A stretch of 64,000 nucleotides of DNA, from contig JBGQMY010000003.1 of assembly GCA_041500865.1 (NCBI GenBank), forward strand, positions 1 through 64,000, written 5' to 3'. Under the pieces are notes generated by a model. The model had not been told where the DNA came from. It was given only the letters and a program-made list of their open reading frames with translations, and searched no databases. This document shows positions 55,261 to 64,000 of the stretch, in pieces. Within the stretch, counting starts at the first letter, position 1, and each line of letters starts with the position of its first letter. This DNA is from Candidatus Micrarchaeia archaeon (lineage in GTDB: Archaea; Micrarchaeota; Micrarchaeia; Anstonellales; J096). Position numbers and translations under genes: made by a program.

Positions 55261-56334
55261 TTATCTGGTTGCCCACTTATAGATTTCAACGCCCAGGAGA
55301 AACTGAGGCGTTGCGCCGCTGCTATCTATCGCGTTTTCGTCCGCCCCATTTTTCACAAGGAATTTGTATACTTTCCTGTTCATTCCAAAAACGGTTTCTG
55401 CGGCATAGTGCAGTGCTGTCCTGCCTTCCTTGTCGCCCATATCAATAAACTTTTTCACATTCCCGCCGGCTTCAGCATATTTTTGTATGAGGAGGTTGCA
55501 GATTAAAGTCCTGCCTGGCAACGCAGGAATGGCTGCGGCATGGTGCAGGGATGTCCGGCCGTCATTGCTTTTTGCGGCAATCAGCTTCTTTATGTCCCCT
55601 CCGGATTTTGCGTATTCTTTTATAAGAAACGCGCAGGTTTTTATGCTTCCGTAAGCTGCGGCATACATGAGCGGGGTGTTGCCGCAGTTGTCCGCTGCGT
55701 TCAGGTCGGCGCCATTTTCAACCAGAATCTCGCAGGTTTCTGTGTACCCGTAGCATGTTGATGCTGCAGTTATGAGCGCGGTTTCACCGTATTCGTTTCT
55801 CGCATTCACGTCAGCGCCGTTATCAATCAGCAGATTGCATGTCTCGGGATTACGGGCTGCAGCATATATGAGCGGAGTGTTGCCGAACTTGTCCCTTGCG
55901 TCCACATCCGCCCCGGCTTTCAGAAAAGTCTCAATCCCTGCAGAGTCACAAAAAAATGTGTTGGTTATAGCCTCATCAAGAAGCATGCTGTCCAACCGCG
56001 CCTGTTCCATCTTGGAAATCGCCGGTTTCGCATCTGCTGCGGCCTTCCTTTGGCTTTTGTTTTTCTTGGAATAGCAATTCAGGACTTTTATGCAGTTTGC
56101 CAATTTTCTCTGCGCCATTTCCAAGCTAATGTCATTCCAGCAGCCTCCGCACGCCAGCGCGGCTGCGAGAATTCCGGGCATTACCCACGCCGGAATGCGG
56201 ATTCCGATTTTTTTATTGGCGGCTGTTGGGTTATCGGCTGCGTCCTTTGCCTTTCTCGTTATCATGCATATTTGATTTTCGCTGTTTTTTGCGCCATCCG
56301 CTGCCTTTGCCAAAAACGGCTTTTCTGCTGCCAT
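55261..56334 (-). CDS. ankyrin repeat protein with probable frameshifted tail
   Basis: ankyrin repeats incl. EYAKSGGDIKKLIAAK insert; tail homologous to 54430 continues in +1 frame to 55212. Confidence 0.85.
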   Translation of the reverse strand: MAAEKPFLAKAADGAKNSENQICMITRKAKDAADNPTAANKKIGIRIPAWVMPGILAAALACGGCWNDISLEMAQRKLANCIKVLNCYSKKNKSQRKAAADAKPAISKMEQARLDSMLLDEAITNTFFCDSAGIETFLKAGADVDARDKFGNTPLIYAAARNPETCNLLIDNGADVNARNEYGETALITAASTCYGYTETCEILVENGADLNAADNCGNTPLMYAAAYGSIKTCAFLIKEYAKSGGDIKKLIAAKSNDGRTSLHHAAAIPALPGRTLICNLLIQKYAEAGGNVKKFIDMGDKEGRTALHYAAETVFGMNRKVYKFLVKNGADENAIDSSGATPQFLLGVEIYKWATR

Positions 56335-56528
56335 GCCTATAATATCAATATATCATTTTTAAAACACGCATATTCGCTAATTTACACCACAACGAAATCG
56401 CGGCTATTGCCGCCCTTTCTGCTCATTATCTGATATTTAAGAGCGTTTGCATGCATCTTATGGAAAAGAATATCCATTGCCAAAATCCGGTGGGGGGTTG
56501 CCAGTTTGCGGTCGGGATGGGCCAAGGG

Positions 56529-57473
56529 CTATGCCGGGCCTGCGGCTTTCGCGCCCTCCAGCTCGCGCCTGGACTTCCAGAAGAAGAACCCTATGCAAGC
56601 GAATGTGACAATCGGGGATATATACTCGGGTATAGCCATGCCGAACGCCCCCAGCAGCATGACCAGGCCAAGGAAGAATATGGAGTACATGGCCCCGTTC
56701 TTGAGGAACACGTATTTTTTGACGTTCTCTATGTTCCTTATCGTTATGGTCCTTACGATTATGGCGCCCAGGCCGTTCCCTATCAGTATCAGGGGTATGA
56801 AAAATGTGAATGCGAACGCGCCGATAACCCCGTCTATGGAGAACGTCGCGTCAATGACCTCCAGATAGAGCAGCTTGCTTATGTCGCCCATGCTGGAATC
56901 GGCGCTGCCGTCCATCATCTCCTTTTCCCTGGCCTCGGCGCTCTGCCTGAAGCCGTGCGTTATGAAGAACGCAGTGGAGCCTGCAACTGCCGCAAAGGCC
57001 ATGAGCGGCTCCCTGTTTATCGCGAACCATGTTATGGCCAGCAGGATAACGGAAATGGCCGCATAGAACCAAATGCCCTTGCCGTAGAAGAACCGCTCGC
57101 CTGCAAGCCCGAATTTTTTCGGTTCAAGGAACAGCCAGTGGAAAAACAGGAAAATCAGGAACACGCCGCCTGCGGAAAGCAGCAGGGGCGCGCTTTTTTC
57201 CATTGCGTCCCTTACGCTTCCGCTGTCGCTGAACATCGCCATGGCAAGGTCATAGAGGCTGAGGCCGGGATTCGCCGCCCAAAGTATGGCGACCGGAAGC
57301 GCGAACCTTACGACCACAACCGCGATTATTATCCCGTAAAAGAGGAACCAGCGCCTCGCCCTTTCGCTTGTCTTGGAAAGGACCTCCGCGTTTATCACTG
57401 CGTTGTCGATGCTGCTTATGGACTCGAAGAGCGCAAGCCCGAGTATGGTAAGGAATATCAGCAGCAAGTCCAC
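56529..57473 (-). CDS. DUF475 / TerC-like membrane protein
   Basis: SSIDNAVINAEVL, LEVIDATFSIDGVIGAFA, LKNGAMYSI. Confidence 0.88.
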   Translation of the reverse strand: MDLLLIFLTILGLALFESISSIDNAVINAEVLSKTSERARRWFLFYGIIIAVVVVRFALPVAILWAANPGLSLYDLAMAMFSDSGSVRDAMEKSAPLLLSAGGVFLIFLFFHWLFLEPKKFGLAGERFFYGKGIWFYAAISVILLAITWFAINREPLMAFAAVAGSTAFFITHGFRQSAEAREKEMMDGSADSSMGDISKLLYLEVIDATFSIDGVIGAFAFTFFIPLILIGNGLGAIIVRTITIRNIENVKKYVFLKNGAMYSIFFLGLVMLLGAFGMAIPEYISPIVTFACIGFFFWKSRRELEGAKAAGPA

Positions 57474-57514
57474 GGAGGGCTATGCCATGCAAGGTTTAAA
57501 AACATGAAAGAAGA

Positions 57515-58156
57515 ATGGCATCCATGGACTTCGTTGTTAAGAAAACCATGGCCCCGGAATTCGGAAAGGAGACGCTGGAGGACGCGGACAGCATATCCAG
57601 GGGATTGGACTACGACGACGACATCGGGATGGTCAGATACGTTGACGGAAGGAAGATAGGCGTGTATTTCGTGCCGTTCTCGCTCTACCTTGCGCTCAAG
57701 CGGCACGGCATGCCGGCAAGGCAGTTCGGCGTCATCGGGCTGGTGCAAAAGGGCGAAAGGTACGTGATGACGGTACAGGCAAGGAGGACGGTGGAGCCAA
57801 GGGGTATCGGCAGGGTCCTGGACGTTCCGGAAAGGAAAGGCCTCAGCTTCCAGGGCTTCGCATCCGAGTGGGAGGAAAATCCAATTGAGGCCGCATATGC
57901 GGAGCTGGAGGAGGAGCTCGGGCTGGAGGGCGACGACGTCACTGAAGCCAGAAGTGAATTGATAATGAAGGACGACGAGGTGCTCCTTGCCGTGCTTTTC
58001 AGGACCGAGCTGGAGGAGGGCGTGATGCGCAGGCTCAGGTCCCTTGCCGTTGACAGCTGGGAGGCAAAGGAGGTTATGCTGATGACAAAGGCGGATGCAA
58101 GGGAGTTTATCAAGGACAGCCCCCTGCTCGCGGTGTTTGACAGGCTGGTATCATGA
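57515..58156 (+). CDS. divergent NUDIX-fold protein
   Basis: G......ENPIEAAYAELEEELGL. Confidence 0.65.
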   Translation: MASMDFVVKKTMAPEFGKETLEDADSISRGLDYDDDIGMVRYVDGRKIGVYFVPFSLYLALKRHGMPARQFGVIGLVQKGERYVMTVQARRTVEPRGIGRVLDVPERKGLSFQGFASEWEENPIEAAYAELEEELGLEGDDVTEARSELIMKDDEVLLAVLFRTELEEGVMRRLRSLAVDSWEAKEVMLMTKADAREFIKDSPLLAVFDRLVS

Positions 58157-58839
58157 AAATAAAGATATTCCACAATCCGAAAAAGGGATGGGCAGGAAAG
58201 GCTGCCAGGGAGGTCGGGGCATACCTGGCAAAAAACGGACATGCAGCCTGCAAAAAGGGCGCTGGCGCGACAGTGATGATAGGCGGGGACGGGACCGTAA
58301 TACACCACAAGAACGACATAGAGGGGATATTGATAGGGATAGGCTCCAAAAGGTCGGGCATCTGCCAGCTCGGCAGGGACGGCTGGAAAGGCAGGATTGG
58401 GCGCATGCTGCACGCGAAGCCGGAAAAGCTGTTCATGCTGGAAGCGGACATAAGCGGAAGGAGATACGGCGTAATGAACGACATATCGATACGGTCCCCC
58501 GATTTCAGGGCCATCCACACAAGGGTTTCGTGCCCCTATGTTGACCAGGGCTTCTTCGGGGACGGCATAAACGTGTGCGGAAGGCTGGGTTCTACCGGCT
58601 ACAACAGGTCGCTGTTTGGGCCGATAGTGCTCAGCAATGACGCCATTGCGATAGCGCCGATTGCGCCCATACTGCAGCAGCCCAACGCCCTTGTCATGCC
58701 TTTTTGCAGTATAAGCATAAGCTGCCTGGAGAGCGCGTGCTGTGTCATAGACGGCCAACACGTCGTTAAGATGGGCAAGTCGATTGAGGTGCGGAAAGGC
58801 AGAATGATATTGTACGGGAAGGACGGCCTAAGCCTGTAG
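58153..58839 (+). CDS. divergent NAD kinase-like protein
   Basis: IGGDGT, MNDISI, GDG......GSTGY..S..GP, IDGQ. Confidence 0.75.
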   Translation: MKIKIFHNPKKGWAGKAAREVGAYLAKNGHAACKKGAGATVMIGGDGTVIHHKNDIEGILIGIGSKRSGICQLGRDGWKGRIGRMLHAKPEKLFMLEADISGRRYGVMNDISIRSPDFRAIHTRVSCPYVDQGFFGDGINVCGRLGSTGYNRSLFGPIVLSNDAIAIAPIAPILQQPNALVMPFCSISISCLESACCVIDGQHVVKMGKSIEVRKGRMILYGKDGLSL

Positions 58840-58873
58840 CCTGCCCCATAATTGTAAAGGATTGGCTATGTGC

Positions 58874-59557
58874 CTATGGCGCCGGCTCGCTGCCGGCCGC
58901 CCCCAGGATAAGCGCTGTGCCGATGATGTCTTCAAAAAGCAGGTTCAGCCTGTACCTCAAGCCGATTACGTCGTCCATTGACGGCGAAGAATCTTTGTCG
59001 AGCATCAGCGAAAGCTTCGGCTCGCCTTCCGTTTCAACCGAAATCTCCACGCCATCGCCGGCCTGCTTCATGGTTATCCTCTTTTTCCAGTTCTTGGGCC
59101 TGTCGGTTATGGTCATCGAGGAGTCGCATGCGTCGATAAAATAATATATTCCGTTTTCAGGCTGGATGTTCAGCGCCTCGTTCATCACCGCCTCGGCTAT
59201 CAGCATGAATGCCCTGTTGGCGCTGTTTCTTTGCACGAATGAGCTCGTACGTCTCATGACTTTTACGACATCTGCCTCGTACGCCTTTTCCTTGCCTGGC
59301 TCGTTGAAGGAGGCGACTCTTTCAAGGGTCGGAAACAGGGATACCGCAGCCTCAGCGGTTTTTGCCTCTTGCTTTGGCTGGCCCGATGCCTGCTGCCCCG
59401 CAGCTACCGGAGAAACGGCCAGGAGCGAGCACAGGACGAGCCTGCCTGCAAGCCTTGCCAGCCTGCCCTGCCTTTTTTTGCATTCATTCTTGAAAATGGA
59501 GATATTGTCCTTTTTCCGCGCCTTTTTCCAAAGGGCCGCCTTCTCCAGCCTTGCCAC
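58874..59557 (-). CDS. hypothetical exported protein
   Basis: basic leader plus LVLCSLLAVSPVAA; start uncertain (GTG 59557). Confidence 0.55.
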   Translation of the reverse strand: MARLEKAALWKKARKKDNISIFKNECKKRQGRLARLAGRLVLCSLLAVSPVAAGQQASGQPKQEAKTAEAAVSLFPTLERVASFNEPGKEKAYEADVVKVMRRTSSFVQRNSANRAFMLIAEAVMNEALNIQPENGIYYFIDACDSSMTITDRPKNWKKRITMKQAGDGVEISVETEGEPKLSLMLDKDSSPSMDDVIGLRYRLNLLFEDIIGTALILGAAGSEPAP

Positions 59558-59561
59558 GCTA

Positions 59562-60044
59562 TCATCTCCCCTTTGCCACTTGTTCGCCTTCGGTCTTTGG
59601 TGCCTTCTTCCTTGCCTTTGTCTCAACCAGCCTTTCCGCGCTTATGGCATGCGCCTTTTCCGTCACTTCCCTCAATTGCGCCGGAGTCAGCTCATTGCGG
59701 ACAAGCACGACGTTCTGAGCGCCTTGGCTGTTTATGACTGCGAATATGCCTGTATGGGATACCTCTTTTGCCGCCATCCGTTCCTTTTCCTTATTCAGTT
59801 TTTCCACCATCTTCATCTTGCTGAAATTGTCGTGGTTCAGGCTTTCGCCCTTTCCAATGCCAAGGCTTTTCTTGAAATCGTCAACCGTCTTTATCTTGAA
59901 GTAAGACACGTAGTCGCGGTATTCGCTGGTTTGGATTGAGGGGAACTTTGGGCTATTTTCCTTATACAGGGACTTTGCAACATTGTCATATACTTTTTCC
60001 GGCTTTACAGCAACCTTCGTCGTGTCAGACACCATGGATTTCAC
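59562..60044 (-). CDS. hypothetical protein
   Basis: 160-aa ORF; GGTGA RBS precedes ATG at 60035. Confidence 0.6.
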   Translation of the reverse strand: MKSMVSDTTKVAVKPEKVYDNVAKSLYKENSPKFPSIQTSEYRDYVSYFKIKTVDDFKKSLGIGKGESLNHDNFSKMKMVEKLNKEKERMAAKEVSHTGIFAVINSQGAQNVVLVRNELTPAQLREVTEKAHAISAERLVETKARKKAPKTEGEQVAKGR

Positions 60045-60117
60045 CTATAGCCATTTTGGCAGGAAAGAATTTTAAAACGCGGATGCGGATTGCTGGACAG
60101 GTGGATATGGACGCAAT

Positions 60118-60190
60118 TGGGCCCGCCCGGATTCGAACCGGGGGTTTTCTGCGTGTAAGGCAGACGTCTTGACCGCTCGACTACGGGCCC
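60118..60190 (-). tRNA. tRNA-Val(TAC)
   Basis: GGGCCCG/CGGGCCC acceptor, TCTGC-CT-TAC-AC-GCAGA. Confidence 0.92.
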
Positions 60191-60311
60191 TGTCTTATTC
60201 CATCTATGAGCCTGTTAGAGCCTTGGGTGCTTTTTCCAAGCCCAAGAGGACTACGGGCCCCCTCTTTTCATATGGCTAGTATTAGCCGCAATTAGAATTT
60301 AAAAGGGTTCC

Positions 60312-60815
60312 ATGCAACCAAGAACCATGCCGATAACAACAAAGGCAGGGGACGACGGAAAGACCGGCACGCTCTCCGGCAAAAGGGTCAGCAAGTGCAG
60401 CAGCGAGATTGAGCTTTTCGGCGCCATTGACGGGCTCATTGCGATGCTGGGCTATGCGGCCGGCGAGCTCGGAAACGATGAGCTGCTCGCCATCCAAACC
60501 GAGATGGAGAGGATTTTCCGCAATGTGGCAAGGCTTGACGACATAGGCTCATCGTACGTAAAAAGCATTGAGGGAAAAATCGCGCAGAAGGAGAAGGCAG
60601 CAAAAAGCATAAGGGGCTTTGTGAGGCCCATGGGCAAGAGCGCGCTTGCGCACCTTTGCAGGGAATGCGCAAGAAACGCGGAAAGGAAGGCTGTCTGCGC
60701 ATACGAGAAAAAGGGGATGGCGAACATAACCGTTTATTTGAACAGGCTCTCAGACTACATATTCCTGATAGCGTGCGAAGAGGCAATAAAGAGGAACGAG
60801 CTCAGCTTTTTTTAG
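60312..60815 (+). CDS. PduO-type cob(I)alamin adenosyltransferase family
   Basis: TTKAGDDGKT, RVSK, ARNAER, YLNRLSDYIF. Confidence 0.88.
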   Translation: MQPRTMPITTKAGDDGKTGTLSGKRVSKCSSEIELFGAIDGLIAMLGYAAGELGNDELLAIQTEMERIFRNVARLDDIGSSYVKSIEGKIAQKEKAAKSIRGFVRPMGKSALAHLCRECARNAERKAVCAYEKKGMANITVYLNRLSDYIFLIACEEAIKRNELSFF

Positions 60816-61068
60816 CGCTTGCCTTCTTCGGCTCAGGCGCTGCCTTCTTGGTTTCCCTGTCGACCATGTTCCTGAGGTGCTGTACCGCCCACAGTATGCC
60901 GCCGAACAGGAAAAGGTAAACCACGTTTATGTTGAGGCCGAGGAACGTGGCCCCCTGCGGGAACATTATGCCGGATGCCAAGGCGAAAAATGCGGAAACT
61001 ACCGCTCCCAAGAGGCAGAGCGCGCTTATCACGAGGAAAAAGAGCCTCGCGTCCGTTTTCTCAAACAT
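60802..61068 (-). CDS. small two-TM membrane protein
   Basis: two hydrophobic helices, basic tail. Confidence 0.6.
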   Translation of the reverse strand: MFEKTDARLFFLVISALCLLGAVVSAFFALASGIMFPQGATFLGLNINVVYLFLFGGILWAVQHLRNMVDRETKKAAPEPKKASAKKS

Positions 61069-61081
61069 GCTTATCACTTTT

Positions 61082-61138
61082 TTAGTCAGAAGCTACTCCG
61101 TTCATCATTAATCAGACTGGAACGGTCTCATCATCCTG
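61082..61138 (-). ncRNA. box C/D guide sRNA
   Basis: ATGATGA-12nt-CTGA-TTA-ATGATGA-12nt-CTGA, perfect C, D', C', D boxes. Confidence 0.92.
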
Positions 61139-61160
61139 CATAATATGGGGTGCAAAGAGT

Positions 61161-61586
61161 TTATAAAGGTTGGCTGGCTTCGCCCTGCAGAATCCTCTTG
61201 TGGTCCGGCACCATGTTCATTACGTTTCCGTTGTCAAAGAACGCGCAGCCCAAAACCACGCCGTTGTGCGAAACGGCCACATAGCCGCGGGAGCACCATC
61301 CGTTTTTTGCGCTTATGTCCTTTCCGGAGCAGAAGGCCATTGCCTGCTCCCTGCCGACAAAAAGGACGTTGCGCGTGCACATCCACCCGAATGCCTGCAG
61401 GAAATCCGATGACGGTTTAAAGGCGCCGTTCTTTTTTCCGATTACTATGCCGCGCGTCTCCTCGTTCCTTGCATTAAATCCGTCAAGCGAGGACGCATAA
61501 ACGACTGACTTGCCTGCGCCTGCCTCCTTTGTCGAAAGCCCTGGCACAAGGGTTATCCCGAAGCGGCTGAAAAGGTAGTCCTGCAT
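61161..61586 (-). CDS. PUA/NIP7-like protein (RsmF/Nop2 C-terminal-like)
   Basis: YLFSRFGI, FKPSSDFLQAFG...RNV, GKDI, GYVAV...G.VLGCA. Confidence 0.65.
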   Translation of the reverse strand: MQDYLFSRFGITLVPGLSTKEAGAGKSVVYASSLDGFNARNEETRGIVIGKKNGAFKPSSDFLQAFGWMCTRNVLFVGREQAMAFCSGKDISAKNGWCSRGYVAVSHNGVVLGCAFFDNGNVMNMVPDHKRILQGEASQPL

Positions 61587-61591
61587 TTGGC

Positions 61592-62782
61592 TCACTTTGA
61601 AACGGCCGAGCCTATGCCGCAGAAGCGCCACCGCTGGCCTATCCTCCTGCTTATGGCGATTTTGTCGCTTCCGAAGACGATTATGGGCCGCTTTAGCGAG
61701 ATGGCAGCTATGCCCTTGTTGAGCTTCGCGATTACGCCTACCGAGGTCGCGGAATGCACGTTTATCAGCAGCGGCTCCCCCATCCTGAGCGGGGCGTTGT
61801 CTATGTCCTTCCTGTCTATCAGCTCGTATTTCATGCTTATTGAGGAAACCGGGTCGGGTATCGCGCCCTTTATGCTTATCGTGTTCCCTATCAGCGTGTC
61901 GGATTTGGTCAGCGAAGGGTCGAGGAACGTGCCCATGCCCACAAGGCCGCCTGGCCTTGCCTCCTCTATGCTCTCCTCCCCTGCCCTAAGGCCGGATATG
62001 GAGGTCTTAAGCGGCGTGAAGCTGTCCTCAGAGCCGTATCCCGGCTTTATCTCTATCTCGTCGCCAACCTTGAACGTTCCTTTCACGATGGCGCAGCCGA
62101 GCACGCCCCCTTTCAGGTTTTTTATCTCCTCGCCAGGCCTGTTAACGTCAAAGCTCCTTACGACGTATGCGACAGGGACATCCGATTTCTCCCTTTCAGA
62201 CGCAACCATGGTCTTGTCAATCTGCTCGACGAGGTATTCCAGGTTAAGCGCATGCGGGGCCGAAATGGGCACTATTGGGGCGTTCTCGGCAAACGTGCCT
62301 TTCACGAATGCCTTTATCTCATTGTAATTTTCAATCGCCTTTTCCTTTGTCACCAGGTCTATCTTGGTCTGCACTATGATTATTTTCCTTACGCCCATCT
62401 TTTCCAGTATCATGAAATGCTCCTTTGTCTGCTCCTGCGGGCATTTTTCGCTTGCCGAAATCAGGAACAGCGCGCCGTCTATCACGCTTGATGCGGATAT
62501 GGCGGTCGCCATGAGCGACTCGTGGCCCGGCGCGTCCACAAAGGAAAGTTTTCTTACGAAGCTGCACTTGCCGCCGCACTCAGGGTGCTTGTCAGAAACC
62601 CAGTATTTACCGCAGCTTTCGCACTTGTAGATGTTCAAGTCGGCGTAACCGAGCTTTATCGTGATTCCCCTTTTCAGCTCCTCGCTGTGCGTGTCGGTCC
62701 ATTTTCCTGTCAATGCCTTGACAAGCGTGGTCTTGCCGTGGTCCACGTGCCCGAAGAGACCTATGTTAAGCTCAGGTTGCAA
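61592..62782 (-). CDS. eif2g: translation initiation factor aIF2 gamma
   Basis: GHVDHGKTT, RGITIKLGY, zinc knuckle, DAPGHE, RSFDVNRPG. Confidence 0.95.
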   Translation of the reverse strand: MQPELNIGLFGHVDHGKTTLVKALTGKWTDTHSEELKRGITIKLGYADLNIYKCESCGKYWVSDKHPECGGKCSFVRKLSFVDAPGHESLMATAISASSVIDGALFLISASEKCPQEQTKEHFMILEKMGVRKIIIVQTKIDLVTKEKAIENYNEIKAFVKGTFAENAPIVPISAPHALNLEYLVEQIDKTMVASEREKSDVPVAYVVRSFDVNRPGEEIKNLKGGVLGCAIVKGTFKVGDEIEIKPGYGSEDSFTPLKTSISGLRAGEESIEEARPGGLVGMGTFLDPSLTKSDTLIGNTISIKGAIPDPVSSISMKYELIDRKDIDNAPLRMGEPLLINVHSATSVGVIAKLNKGIAAISLKRPIIVFGSDKIAISRRIGQRWRFCGIGSAVSK

Positions 62783-62788
62783 GGCAAG

Positions 62789-63184
62789 TCACTCCTTCTT
62801 GGCTTCCTTTGGCTTAGGCGGCTTTGCGACACTGTCTATCGCCACGCTGCCTTCAGTCACCGCGGTTGCGTTGACCTGGACGATTTCCTGGGTGTATGAG
62901 TCGCCCCTTACGGTCTTCTTGTGCCTCGCGCCCTTGTCCTTTGACTTGTAGCCTGGTCCAGACGAAAGCAGCGCCCTTTCCCTTCTCTGGCCGTGGATGT
63001 CATGCCTCATCGGTATTCCGCTCGTGTCGCTTCCGCCCCTGAGCCTTATTGTCCATCCCGCAAGCCCGATGAAGCCGGCGTCCAGCTCCTCGCCGACCTT
63101 CTTTCCGACAAGGAAGTGCTCCTTTTCCGCAGGAACCTCCACCTGGTATGTCTTTCCGCTTTTTGTGCCTATGTTTAATATCAT
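62789..63184 (-). CDS. rps6e: 30S ribosomal protein S6e
   Basis: GGSDTSGIPMR, KKTVRG, IVQVN. Confidence 0.93.
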   Translation of the reverse strand: MILNIGTKSGKTYQVEVPAEKEHFLVGKKVGEELDAGFIGLAGWTIRLRGGSDTSGIPMRHDIHGQRRERALLSSGPGYKSKDKGARHKKTVRGDSYTQEIVQVNATAVTEGSVAIDSVAKPPKPKEAKKE

Positions 63185-63367
63185 TGAATCGCCTTTGATG
63201 AAAGCAAAGTCTATGTTGGCAGTATTGTTTAAAAAGGTATGCGCATCGCCCCTGGATTGCGGTTTTTAACCCCTTCGTAAGGGGGAAGAATCCCCCTTGA
63301 CGCTCAACCCCCTCTTCATTAGGGTCTTGCTAGCCGTTTTTAATTTGTTCGCCGCATTAATTTGATT

Positions 63368-64000
63368 ATGGAACAGAGGCAGAAGCCCATCCGCGGAGCC
63401 ATGCAAAAGGCGAAATCGCTGTTTTCAGGCAAGGCGAAGCCCGAAGGCGCGAGAAGGTTGAACGAGAAAGAGCAGAAGGAGTTGAATGACAGGCTCTTTG
63501 CCGCGATTTGGGATTATAAAAAATTATTAACTGACGAAATGCAAATCGAAACCCATATTGTAGCGCGTTATACTTCAAGGTCGCGCATCAGGAGGCTGTT
63601 GAGGCTTGGCGCAGACGTGGATGCAAAGGACAGCGGCGGCGAGACCCCGCTCACGCGGGCCGCATGGAAAGGCGATATGGACATTTGCAAAATCCTGATT
63701 GAAAACGGGGCAAACCTGGAGGCAAAAGACGCGTATTGGGGAGATACGGCATTGATGCTTGCTGCCCGCAATGGCAATCAGTATTTGGTTAAATACCTTG
63801 TTTCGCGCGGGGCTGATGTGAACGCAAGGAACAATAATGGCGAAACGCCTTTGGTTCTGGCTGTTGGCGGCAGCACGACAAAGGAATGGAAGACTGTGCG
63901 TGTCCTTCTTCAGAGCGGCGCAAACCAGCTTGGAGCCGCTTTTATGCATGCCAGATTTGACGTGGCTGAATTGCTGAAAAATGCAATGATGAATCAGCTT
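63368..64000 (+). CDS. ankyrin repeat protein (runs off window end; absent from ORF track)
   Basis: hand translation MEQRQKPIRG...GADVDAKDSGGETPLTRAAWKG...GDTALMLAARNG, open to 64000. Confidence 0.88.
   Translation, partial: MEQRQKPIRGAMQKAKSLFSGKAKPEGARRLNEKEQKELNDRLFAAIWDYKKLLTDEMQIETHIVARYTSRSRIRRLLRLGADVDAKDSGGETPLTRAAWKGDMDICKILIENGANLEAKDAYWGDTALMLAARNGNQYLVKYLVSRGADVNARNNNGETPLVLAVGGSTTKEWKTVRVLLQSGANQLGAAFMHARFDVAELLKNAMMNQL

Noticed and set aside
56529..56542. GPA-stop ending shared by the DUF475 gene and ankyrin tails
   Set aside because: Only 13 bp of identity; could be chance.
63500..63540. Suspected frameshift in the A-run of the last ankyrin gene
   Set aside because: Recounting shows the frame stays open (TAT AAA AAA TTA TTA ACT) to the window end.
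1..64000. Additional DGR target VRs, including in the ankyrin genes
   Set aside because: No second match to the TR constant segments was found by eye; a computational scan is still advisable.
1..64000. CRISPR array or cas genes
   Set aside because: No regularly spaced identical repeats with unique spacers; the periodic repeats are coding ankyrin or Cys-rich units.

Overview
Archaeal chromosomal fragment, most consistent with a small-genome DPANN lineage such as Micrarchaeota. This is inferred from the archaeal information genes, the DPANN-style pilin leader, tRNA-Ile(UAU) and a minimal [FeFe]-hydrogenase. Housekeeping content: a type IV pilus/Tad operon, NMD3, fni, PAC2, Trm5, aspS, rps24e, eIF5A, rpl12/10/1, MgtA, map, RFC-S, hisS, PduO, eIF2-gamma, rps6e and six tRNAs (two with BHB introns). 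Main signals: (1) a complete diversity-generating retroelement (DGR) at 18.4-20.7 kb. Its 89-nt TR/VR pair has 20 mismatches, all at TR adenines. The VR lies inside the target gene, no avd gene is visible, and the TR is enclosed in a ~260-nt structured RNA closed by a 15-bp perfect inverted repeat. (2) Twelve ankyrin genes, six ending in a shared helical tail with a CaaX-like Cys. (3) A tRNA-Met intron that appears to encode a box D'/C' guide for its own C34 2'-O-methylation, plus a separate textbook C/D sRNA. (4) An unassigned ~295-nt structured RNA candidate. (5) A 1816-aa protein with a beta-barrel-like C-terminus. (6) Repeated 12-18 bp duplications of gene or tRNA termini flanking inserted DNA. 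All calls were made by eye; no database searches were run.
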